A stretch of DNA of 64,000 bases from an uncultured Phycisphaerales bacterium (lineage in GTDB: Bacteria; Planctomycetota; Phycisphaerae; Sedimentisphaerales; Anaerobacaceae). Below are positions 1 to 8,125 of this stretch, one piece after another. Position 1 is the stretch's first letter. The number at the start of each line of letters is the position of its first letter. The translations under genes and the position numbers were made by a program. Location of the stretch: the NCBI GenBank assembly GCA_963718665.1, contig OY970359.1, forward strand, positions 800,001 to 864,000. The letters are read 5' to 3'. The notes beneath the pieces are model-generated. The model was not told the origin of the DNA and did not search any database. It was given only the letters and a program-made list of their open reading frames with translations.

Positions 1-519
1 TTGTTGTGCTCCATCCTTATCAATCACCTGGCGAAAATAGCCCTGCTGGTATAGCAGCCCCACGCCGACCACCGGCACACCCAAATCGCTGGCGGCTTTG
101 AGCTGGTCGCCTGCCACATTACCAAGCCCGCCCGAATATATGGGCAGGGCCTCGCTCAGCATAAATTCCATACAGAAATAAACGACACAGGTCAAAGGAG
201 CTTTTGGATAACTTTGTTGAAACCACGCAGGCGCTGCCGACTTGCGGCCCTTGAGTTCCAAAAGCTCATCCACTTCCCTGCGAAATCCGGTGTTAGCCAA
301 TAAGTTTTTAAGTTTTTCACGTGAAACCGTCTGCAAAACGACCCATGGATTTGATGTCAGTTCCCACAATTCCGGGTCGAGCTGTCTCCAGACTTTGTCC
401 CCATAATGGCTCCACGACCATCGCATATCCAGAGCAAGCTCAGCCAGAGAATCGAACCCTTCGACTTCCACAGGCATAAAAGAGTATATTGGATTGCCGA
501 CATGTGTTTGCTTGTACAT
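1..519 (-). CDS. glgP: Alpha-glucan (glycogen/starch) phosphorylase, N-terminal part; runs off the window start
   Basis: Manual translation: MYKQTHVGNP...LALDMRWSW...YFCMEFMLSEALPIYSGGLGNVAGDQLKAASDLGVPVVGVGLLYQQGYF; AAGGAG RBS upstream of ATG at 519. Confidence 0.92.
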   Translation of the reverse strand, partial: MYKQTHVGNPIYSFMPVEVEGFDSLAELALDMRWSWSHYGDKVWRQLDPELWELTSNPWVVLQTVSREKLKNLLANTGFRREVDELLELKGRKSAAPAWFQQSYPKAPLTCVVYFCMEFMLSEALPIYSGGLGNVAGDQLKAASDLGVPVVGVGLLYQQGYFRQVIDKDGAQQ

Positions 520-608
520 TGTCACTCCTTAAGATTTTTCCTTAACGGAAACTCCAACCGCATCACCGACGATCCCGTTACAGAATCGGTTTCAAAGAGG
601 CGCAATTG

Positions 609-719
609 CAGGAATTATAGCGCAAAACCGAAGGGAAGTCGACCAATTTCAGCAAAACAAGCTGCTTGTAAGGTCAGCTTTCCCAAAAACTTAGCATCGG
701 ATGCGTTTTTTTATAGTAC
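609..719 (+). repeat. Repeat A copy 1 (left-truncated)
   Basis: ggaattatagcgc...gggaagtcgaccaatttc...aaacttagcatcggatgcgtttttttatagtac matches the other copies. Confidence 0.9.
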
Positions 720-739
720 AGGTTGGCTCTTTTTTGTGC

Positions 740-1159
740 TCACCCTCTATTGGAACTTTGTGGCTGTAAGCACTTTTTTGTAAGCCAAAAAACGCTTTCC
801 CATATTACCAATGCAACAATGGTAGCGCCCGTATCGATAAGCCATTCTGAGAAACTTGTCGAGCGACCAAAAAACTGCTGCGTGTATTCATCTATAGCAC
901 CATAAATCGTCATAATCAGCAGCACCACCACGATGCGGCGTAGTGAGCTGAAATTGAATGCTGCTAAAGTTAAGATGAACCAACTGCTCAATCCCAAAAA
1001 GCCCAATACGTGCAGAGCAAAATGTCCCAAGTCACGAATCTCTCTTGGAATTGTGTTATATGGAACATGGGTAGCAGTGAATGCTCCTATCCACATAAGA
1101 ATGAAAATGACCAAGATTAGTTTTCGATGACGATATAGCAGTTGATTATTACTGTGCAT
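740..1159 (-). CDS. VanZ-like membrane protein
   Basis: 139 aa, hydrophobic, H...FLGL and YGAIDEYTQQFFGRSTSFSEWLID motifs. Confidence 0.85.
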   Translation of the reverse strand: MHSNNQLLYRHRKLILVIFILMWIGAFTATHVPYNTIPREIRDLGHFALHVLGFLGLSSWFILTLAAFNFSSLRRIVVVLLIMTIYGAIDEYTQQFFGRSTSFSEWLIDTGATIVALVIWESVFWLTKKCLQPQSSNRG

Positions 1160-1180
1160 TTATGGTTACTTTCTTAGGAC

Positions 1181-1354
1181 TCATCCCATTCATCAGGCCG
1201 CCCTCCTGTATGACTTTAAAAGTCCATCAATACGTTTCTGACAAATGAATTATACTGCATAACTACTGGAAGTCGACCAATTTCAGCAAAGTAAGCCGCT
1301 TGAAGGATAAGCTTTCCCATAAACTTAGCGTCGGATGAGTTTTTTTATAGTACG
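1181..1354 (+). repeat. Repeat A copy 2 (nearly full length, lacks left TIR)
   Basis: catcaggccgccctcctgtatgactttaaaag...cggatgagtttttttatagtacg. Confidence 0.92.
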
Positions 1355-1388
1355 CGGTACAGGACTTGAACCTGTGACATCCTGCGTG
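1354..1388 (-). pseudogene. tRNA-Val 3'-half fragment (att-like remnant)
   Basis: Reverse complement cacgcaggatgtcacaggttcaagtcctgtaccgc contains a T-arm (GGTTCAAGTCC) and acceptor 3' strand; no 5' half. Confidence 0.75.
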
Positions 1389-1400
1389 CGGGGCAAATGG

Positions 1401-1900
1401 TTACGCGTTTGTTGTGAAGATATCGCGGGCGATATCCTCGCCTGCGTTGCTGGCATAGTAATGCTCAACTGCTTTCTGGCCTTTGCTTTCGAACATTTTT
1501 GCTGAAGAAAATGCGCCGTTTTTCATCAAAATGGCGATGACTATGCACGCGGCAACGCTGGCGAATGAATTTTTGTACTTGGCGCATCTTTCGATAATGT
1601 TCAGGTCGGGTCGGATATTTCGGAGATATTCGGCTTTAGCAGTTGTTCGCAGGCAGTGTTTGAGCACACCGATTGCCTGTGTATTGGCTCGCATCAGCAG
1701 ATTGAGATTGTGCGGCTGGGATTTTAACAGCGATATTGCAAGCTCAACCTTGCCGAGACGCGCCAATCGTCGCTGGCAACGCGGGCAGTCGGCAATATGA
1801 TTTTGTATCCAGTGTCGGTCAGGACTGAAACTGTTGGCCATCAGCCGAATGCCCGGTCTCTAAGTTGTCTGCAGTAATTTTTCCCCTTCGAGGCCCACAT
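1401..1900 (-). CDS. Putative zinc-binding anti-sigma factor (apparent 1-nt frameshift near 1845; ORF track shows 1401-1841)
   Basis: HIADCPRC (HxxxCxxC) motif, one hydrophobic segment, directly downstream of the ECF sigma; out-of-frame ATG at 1900 gives MWASKGKNYCRQLR with the expected first Cys. Confidence 0.65.
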
Positions 1901-1904
1901 ATAA

Positions 1905-2465
1905 TTACCTTGTTTCCTTTCTCATCTGCGCAGCCAGAAGCTGCACTGCTTTGCATCTGTAAACCCTCGCGGTCGCGGCCGTGATTCCCATAATCTTTGC
2001 GACCTGCTCATAGGGCAAGTCTCCGAGGTCGTGCAGAGTTACGACATCACGAAAATGATCTGGCAGCTCCGCGATACCCGCTCTTAATGTCTCGGTTAGA
2101 TATCGTGTATCAAGCTCACTGGCGGGAGAATTAGTATTGTTCTGTGTGGTTATCACCGGCGGGGGATTATTCTTTTCTACAAGTTTATGTCTCAGGATTG
2201 ATATGGCTATGTTGCTTGCCGAACGAAAGACATACGCCTTTACATGTTCGGGTTTGCATCCGTGCTCGTGATGCGCTAGTTTCAGAAACGTATCCTGATA
2301 AGCATCGCAAACGTCCTGTTCGTTGCCGAGTATTCGCCACAGCATATTAACCAGCCCCCGGCCGTGCTGCTGCATAGCGCAGAGAACCCAACCCTGCGTT
2401 CTTTCCAACGTCGCCGGGATTGGAACATCCCACAACAATTCGATGCTGACAGCCCTGCCAGTCAT
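1905..2465 (-). CDS. ECF RNA polymerase sigma factor
   Basis: Region 2 (DVCDAYQDTFLKL) and region 4 (LPDHFRDVVTLHDLGDLPYEQVAKIMG) motifs. Confidence 0.9.
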   Translation of the reverse strand: MTGRAVSIELLWDVPIPATLERTQGWVLCAMQQHGRGLVNMLWRILGNEQDVCDAYQDTFLKLAHHEHGCKPEHVKAYVFRSASNIAISILRHKLVEKNNPPPVITTQNNTNSPASELDTRYLTETLRAGIAELPDHFRDVVTLHDLGDLPYEQVAKIMGITAATARVYRCKAVQLLAAQMRKETR

Positions 2466-2636
2466 AATTTCTCCGATTATTAAGACGCGCTGCCTGATAT
2501 TATGTTAACACCAATTCAATGCCAAATGGTTAAAAATCTCATTTTTTCTGAATAACATTTGGCCCTGCCGGCGCGTCTGAATCTACAGGAGGGCGGAGAG
2601 AAAAAGCGGTAATACGTTTGTTAGGAGTACAGGGAA

Positions 2637-3812
2637 ATGGCTTTAACTCTTTATAAAGACAAGTCTTACGAGCGAAAACCGCAAGCGGGTGACGTTGTCG
2701 CACTTGTGGATGAACTGCTCACAAAAGCCGTGGATATAGGCGCCAGCGACATTCATTTTGAGCCGACCGGGTCTGAACTGGTGGTAAAATTTCGACTTGA
2801 CGGGGTGCTGAACACGGTCGAATCTTTGCCAAAAGCTGTTTCAGACAACGTAATTTCACGCCTGAAGGTTCTGGGCGGGCTTCTGACGTATCGCAATGAT
2901 GTGCCCCAGGAAGGACGGATGGAAATCAACAATGGTCACGGAAATATTGTTGACCGTCGGCTCTCGGTATTTCCGACAATATACGGCCAAAGATGTGTGG
3001 TGAGAATTTTCTACCAGAACGTTCAGTTGACAGACCTCGGACAACTTGGATTCGCACCGGAGATATATGCTGCGTTGAAGCAAATCACCTATGCTAATCA
3101 GGGTGTTCTGCTGGTGACTGGACCGGCAGGCAGCGGCAAAAGCACCACCTTAGGTGCGGTTCTGCGACATATCCAGGAACAATTTCCGGGTAAAAGCATC
3201 GTCACTCTGGAAGACCCCGTGGAAATTCGACTCGATGGCGTTACCCAAGTTCAAATCACGCCTTTTGGTCCGATGACTTTCCCGACGGCTCTGCGTTCAC
3301 TTCTTCGCCAGGACCCCCAGGTCCTGATGATAGGCGAGATTCGGGATGCTGAAACAGCGAAGATAGCAATTGAAGCGGGCCTTACGGGGCATCTGCTGAT
3401 GAGCACAATGCACAGCGGCTCAGCCGCGTCGGCGATTCTACGCCTTCTGGAGATGGGTATCGAGCCATACCAGGTGACATCAAGTATATCGGCTGTTCTG
3501 AATCAGCAGCTTGTCCGCCGACTATGCGACAAATGCAAAAAACAAACAGCTTCCGGCGATTGCGAACCAGTCGGATGTGATGATTGTTTTGGAACTGGAT
3601 TTCGGGGCAGGATGTTGATTGCCGAGCTTGTCCGGCTTGACAGCCAGTTGCGAAAAGCGATTCTCGCCAAGACCGATACTGATGAAATTGAGAAAGTCCT
3701 GACTAATAAAGGGCACACTGGTATGGTTGAAGACGGCAGGCGATTGGTTGCTGACGGCCTGACCACGCAGGATGAGCTTGATAAAGTATGCGGCTCAGCA
3801 GGGGATATTTGA
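2637..3812 (+). CDS. GspE/PilB-family secretion ATPase (short, no N-terminal extension)
   Basis: ASDIHFEP, Walker A GPAGSGKST, TLEDPVE, LRQDPQVLMIGEIRD, GHLLMSTMH, CxxC...CxxC. Confidence 0.93.
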   Translation: MALTLYKDKSYERKPQAGDVVALVDELLTKAVDIGASDIHFEPTGSELVVKFRLDGVLNTVESLPKAVSDNVISRLKVLGGLLTYRNDVPQEGRMEINNGHGNIVDRRLSVFPTIYGQRCVVRIFYQNVQLTDLGQLGFAPEIYAALKQITYANQGVLLVTGPAGSGKSTTLGAVLRHIQEQFPGKSIVTLEDPVEIRLDGVTQVQITPFGPMTFPTALRSLLRQDPQVLMIGEIRDAETAKIAIEAGLTGHLLMSTMHSGSAASAILRLLEMGIEPYQVTSSISAVLNQQLVRRLCDKCKKQTASGDCEPVGCDDCFGTGFRGRMLIAELVRLDSQLRKAILAKTDTDEIEKVLTNKGHTGMVEDGRRLVADGLTTQDELDKVCGSAGDI

Positions 3813-3841
3813 CAGGTAAATAATAATACGGGAGATTCAGG

Positions 3842-5047
3842 ATGGCGACTTTTGAATATAGTGCGATGACGGCTTCTGACCGGCTGATGAAAGGTATTAT
3901 CGAAGCCGGGTCGGTGCAGGAAGCATCTGAATTGCTTGAGCAGATGCGGCTCAAAGTCAATTCGCTCGAAAAAGCCAAATCCGAAAGGCCTAAAACGCCT
4001 ATTGCCAGGACAGAGTTTCTGCTTTTCAATCAGCAGCTTGCCTCGCTTACCAAAGCCGGGATTCCTTTGGAACAAGGGCTGAGAGAGCTGTCGAAGGACG
4101 TGGCTTCGAAGCCGATGCGCAAGCTGATAGATTCGATTGCCCTGGACCTCGAAGCGGGGATGAGCATTGAGCGGGCATTTGAGAAAAGGAAAGAGCATTT
4201 CCCGCCGCTCTATGGCCGGATACTCAAGGCCGGCGTCGAGACAGGCCGGCTCAGCGAAATGCTGACGAGCTTAAACAGACACATTGAGGTTTCCAGCCAG
4301 ACAAGACGGATAGTATTCGAAGCGATGGCCTATCCGGCGGTCGTTTTTGTTATGGGTTCCCTTATTACGACTTTTTTGCTGCTGTTTATAGTTCCAAAGT
4401 TCAAGAATATTTTACAGGAAATGCTGGAAGGGCAAGGACTGCCTCTGCTGACGCAGTTCGCTTTATCTATGTCGGATCACATTTTATATTTCTGGCTGGT
4501 AATCGGCTGTCTGGTTGTTGCGATTTTGGGAATCAATGCGATTCTCCGGTCGTTCCCGGAGGGACGACGAATCAGGGAAGCTATATTTTTACGCATACCC
4601 GCGTTCGGACCTTTATATCACAGCACCATATTGAGCAAGATGGCCGAGGCAATGGCGATGATGGTCGCGGCCGGCTGTGATATGCCAACGTGCCTGCGGC
4701 TTGGGCCTGACGCGGCGAGCAGTGAAACACTGATAAGGGAGGGGAACATGATTGCCGGGCAGATTGAAAAAGGAGCCGGCATTCTCGACGCCGGGCAATT
4801 TTGCCGGGTTATGCCCCGGTTCTTTCTTTATTCGATTCAACTGGGTTCGCAGCGAAATGAGCTGGAAGACAACCTGCGAAGCTTAGGCGATATGTATGCC
4901 CAGCAGGTTCGCAGTGCCCAGACCCGCCTGCAGGGGCTATTGTTGCCCGTTATGATTATCTTTGTGGGCTTTTTCATAATGCTGTGCATTCTTGCGATGT
5001 TTCTGCCAATGATAAAGATAATTTCAACTCTTAATGTTGGCGGTTAA
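3842..5047 (+). CDS. Type II secretion system F / PilC family platform protein
   Basis: FNQQLASLTKAGIPL, AGVETGRL, MAYP; typical TM layout. Confidence 0.92.
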   Translation: MATFEYSAMTASDRLMKGIIEAGSVQEASELLEQMRLKVNSLEKAKSERPKTPIARTEFLLFNQQLASLTKAGIPLEQGLRELSKDVASKPMRKLIDSIALDLEAGMSIERAFEKRKEHFPPLYGRILKAGVETGRLSEMLTSLNRHIEVSSQTRRIVFEAMAYPAVVFVMGSLITTFLLLFIVPKFKNILQEMLEGQGLPLLTQFALSMSDHILYFWLVIGCLVVAILGINAILRSFPEGRRIREAIFLRIPAFGPLYHSTILSKMAEAMAMMVAAGCDMPTCLRLGPDAASSETLIREGNMIAGQIEKGAGILDAGQFCRVMPRFFLYSIQLGSQRNELEDNLRSLGDMYAQQVRSAQTRLQGLLLPVMIIFVGFFIMLCILAMFLPMIKIISTLNVGG

Positions 5048-5055
5048 GGATTTTT

Positions 5056-6507
5056 ATGCTGGTTGCTTTGGCAATTATGCTGTTGATTGTTTTGGTAATT
5101 CTTGCTTTTTACAAGCCGTGGATGGGGTTTGTCGCCGGCATTGTGCTTAGTATATGTATGGCGATGTACGGCATCGCGTTTGAATTAGTGGAGATATTTG
5201 CAGCTGCACTTTTCATTTTTTTTGCTACGCTGTTGATAACTGCTTTTGGCCCCAGCAGGGAGGGCTCCCGATGGGCCAGAATCTGGGCAAGGAGGATTCT
5301 GACGGCCTTTTTCCTGATTCTGTTTACGGTCGCTGCCTTTGCATTTTTTGGTACATGGGGCGGAATTGGACTGGTTTTTGTTGAGTTGTTTATTGGGGCG
5401 GTAATCGGCGCGTTCACAACATCAGAATTCGCCAGGTCTTCTTACGTAATAACCACGATTGGTGCGAGCATGAGGCAGAATCTTCCGTTGCCTATGGCGC
5501 TGGAAATGGCTGCGGTTGGTCAGGATGAAAAACGAGCAGATATACTTAGAAATATAAAGAAGTGGCTTGTTGAAGGATACTCTTTGAGCGAATCGTTCAG
5601 GCGCGGATATCCTAAATGTCCCGGCTATATCGTGTCGATGGTAGCTGCCGGCGAACGAATCGGACAGATACCGCAGGCGATTGACGCCCTCGAGCAGGAT
5701 TTGGTCTCAAAGGCAAACACCAGCAAAAAAGTCAGGCACGTTCCTTTATTATATCCGCCGTTAGTGCTGTTTGTTATTTTTATACAGGTATTACTGGTGA
5801 TGGTGTTTGTTTTACCTAAAGTGAGGGCGGTACTGGCAGAAATGAGCAATGGCATGCAATTACCTGCGGCAACAAGGTTGTTAATGGCTATTTCAGAATA
5901 TTTTACGAAAGGCAGCGGCTCAGGGCTTATCCTTGTATTGGCCTTGCTGGTTTTGGTCTGTGGTACAGTTTATATTCGCGTCAGGTCAAGACCGCGCCGG
6001 GCTGAAAAACCGTATTTGATTTCCCGCGCAGGTGATTTTTTAAAGTGGCATCTGCCTTTTATCCGGTGGTATGAGTGGTGCTGCGCGATGCAGCGGATAG
6101 CCGGTATGCTTCGGCTTTCGCTTAATGCCGGCTGCACGGTCAACGAGGCGATAGCCAATGCACTCCGGCTGGACATAAACGAATGCTTCAGGAGAGAAGT
6201 TAAAAACTGGCTGGCAAGGGTTGAACGCGGAGACGATATAGGGTTGTCGGCCCGGCAGTGCGGTATGGGAAGCGCGATGGCATGGGCTTTTGCCGATGTG
6301 CATAACCATCGAAATACTCTCGATATTCTCGAAACGCTTGAAACATCGTATCGCTGGGGTTATAGCCGGCTGGCCACATTAGCAAGGTTCATAATTGGTC
6401 CGTGTGAAACAATTTGCCTTGGGCTGATGGTCGGATTTATTGTTTATGCCATATTCTCTCCTATTATAACGATTATATACGCGACAGCAAGTTCGATGAC
6501 ACCTTGA
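5056..6507 (+). CDS. Second GspF/PilC family protein with extra N-terminal TM segments
   Basis: GYSLSESF, MVAAGERIGQI, LYP, LPAATRLL motifs. Confidence 0.85.
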   Translation: MLVALAIMLLIVLVILAFYKPWMGFVAGIVLSICMAMYGIAFELVEIFAAALFIFFATLLITAFGPSREGSRWARIWARRILTAFFLILFTVAAFAFFGTWGGIGLVFVELFIGAVIGAFTTSEFARSSYVITTIGASMRQNLPLPMALEMAAVGQDEKRADILRNIKKWLVEGYSLSESFRRGYPKCPGYIVSMVAAGERIGQIPQAIDALEQDLVSKANTSKKVRHVPLLYPPLVLFVIFIQVLLVMVFVLPKVRAVLAEMSNGMQLPAATRLLMAISEYFTKGSGSGLILVLALLVLVCGTVYIRVRSRPRRAEKPYLISRAGDFLKWHLPFIRWYEWCCAMQRIAGMLRLSLNAGCTVNEAIANALRLDINECFRREVKNWLARVERGDDIGLSARQCGMGSAMAWAFADVHNHRNTLDILETLETSYRWGYSRLATLARFIIGPCETICLGLMVGFIVYAIFSPIITIIYATASSMTP

Positions 6508-6528
6508 TTTGGATGAAAGACGGGAAAT

Positions 6529-6949
6529 AATGAGAACTGAACGAACCAGATATCGCGGCCTGATGATGACCGAATTGATTGTTTCTTTAGCCGTTCTCGG
6601 GATGATTATGGTTGCCTTCGCGATATCGCTTGATGGTTTCAGGCGACTAAACCACTATCATTTTACAAAACAACGCTGTGTGTCCGCAGCGCAGGCAACA
6701 CTCGACAGCATTGCTGTTACAGGCAAGGCGATTGACGAAGCTGACGTGAACCGATTATGGCCGGGTGTCATTGTTAAAATTGAAGAATCAGAAGGAACGG
6801 ACCAATGGAAAGGATTAAAGCTTATTAGCGTCTCAGCCAAAGGAACTACGAGAAATAAAAAGGTTGAGGTCCGCTTATCGAGATATTTTTTGACTAACAG
6901 TATCGCGATAAGCAAAGCAGGCGATATGCCTGTTTTGCGGGAGCATTAA
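6529..6949 (+). CDS. Prepilin/pseudopilin-like protein
   Basis: RYRG|LMMTELIVSLAVLG class III signal with E at +5. Confidence 0.8.
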
Positions 6950-6950
6950 G

Positions 6951-7460
6951 ATGCGCAAGGGTTATTTTCTTGTCGAAATGGTGGTTGTCCTTTCCATTAT
7001 GGCAATGGTCATGGCGGCGCTGGATCGTTTTTTTGGAACGCTTATATATGATTTGCCCAGGGACTCCCGCCTCATTCAGGAAAACACCTCTCTTAACAAT
7101 GTGATAAGTCATATACGGGCTGATGTCGTTTCAGCAAAAACCTTGTCGGAGTCCGTCAATGGCCCTAACGAACCTAATACGCTGTTGATGAAAATGTCGG
7201 ATGGTGTGATTTCTTATAAGTTCAGCAATGGTCGCGTTTTTCGCAGTTTTGTCGGTGGCGCCACGGGTGCAGCAAGCGGAAATATGGCGTGGTCGGTTCC
7301 CCACGGCCAAATTGAGTGGCGGGTCTGGAACAAAAACAAAACGGGTTGCGCGGTTGAGATAAGCACCTGTATCGAGGATAAAAATTTTGGCCATATACGG
7401 AAAAAGATGGCTAACAACAATTTATTTTTTGCCGGCGCATTATTGGAAGCTGCCAAATGA
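6951..7460 (+). CDS. Prepilin/pseudopilin-like protein
   Basis: MRKG|YFLVEMVVVLSI class III signal. Confidence 0.82.
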   Translation: MRKGYFLVEMVVVLSIMAMVMAALDRFFGTLIYDLPRDSRLIQENTSLNNVISHIRADVVSAKTLSESVNGPNEPNTLLMKMSDGVISYKFSNGRVFRSFVGGATGAASGNMAWSVPHGQIEWRVWNKNKTGCAVEISTCIEDKNFGHIRKKMANNNLFFAGALLEAAK

Positions 7461-7843
7461 ACGCCAGAAAATCGAGACATAGCGGTTTCGTTATGCTTAT
7501 TGTCATCGCTATTCTCGCACTGATTGGGATATATATGATTGTTCTGGCCTCCGATGCGAACATCTTAGGTTTTCAGGCCGACCAGGCGTACCTTGAGGCG
7601 TGCCAGCAGAATCTTACCGCAAGCGGGTTGGCCTGGGCGAAGAAAAATGCTAATACCTCAATGACCACAGCTGCCGCTGTTGAATTGGATACTGCGGATA
7701 TGGGGATTAAGAAAGCGGCCTTGAGTGTCAAGCTGTCTGTCGGAGAAAAGGGCAAATCGCAAGTCGAAATAAAAACATCCTGCAGCAAAGCCAGACAACG
7801 GCTCCGTTCTGTTAAGAAACTTGCCATTGAAACCCGGCCATAA
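7457..7843 (+). CDS. Minor pseudopilin-like protein (GspK/PilX-type N-terminus)
   Basis: RHSG|FVMLIVIAILAL without E+5; overlaps the previous stop codon. Confidence 0.7.
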   Translation: MNARKSRHSGFVMLIVIAILALIGIYMIVLASDANILGFQADQAYLEACQQNLTASGLAWAKKNANTSMTTAAAVELDTADMGIKKAALSVKLSVGEKGKSQVEIKTSCSKARQRLRSVKKLAIETRP

Positions 7844-7853
7844 TGCGGGAAAC

Positions 7854-7897
7854 TGGGCGGTACAGAACTCGAAACTGTAGCATCCTGCGTATAAGGC
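7854..7897 (-). pseudogene. Degenerate tRNA-Val 3'-half fragment (att-like remnant)
   Basis: tgggcggtacagaactcgaaactgtagcatcctgcgtataaggc; 29/34 identical to 1354-1387. Confidence 0.7.
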
Positions 7898-7942
7898 GAG
7901 ATGTTCCAAAAACTTAGAATCGGGCGAGTTTTTTATAGTACG
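7890..7942 (+). repeat. Repeat A copy 3 (right end only)
   Basis: ataaggcgagatgttccaaaaacttagaatcgggcgagttttttatagtacg. Confidence 0.8.
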
Positions 7943-8125
7943 CGTTCAAAGTATTGGTAATTTGCAAGAAAATTCGCTTACTTGTTACTTTTTTAGTTGA
8001 AAAATCCTTAAAAAGCAGTCATAAAGTTTGAATTGTAATGGCAAATTAAGTACTCTATTGGAAATGAAGTTTGGCGGCGTAGCTGAAGAGATATAAATAA
8101 GTAATCCCAAATTAGGAAGGATACT

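Noticed and set aside
1354..1388. Intact tRNA-Val gene
   Set aside because: Only the 3' half is present; no D-arm or 5' acceptor strand
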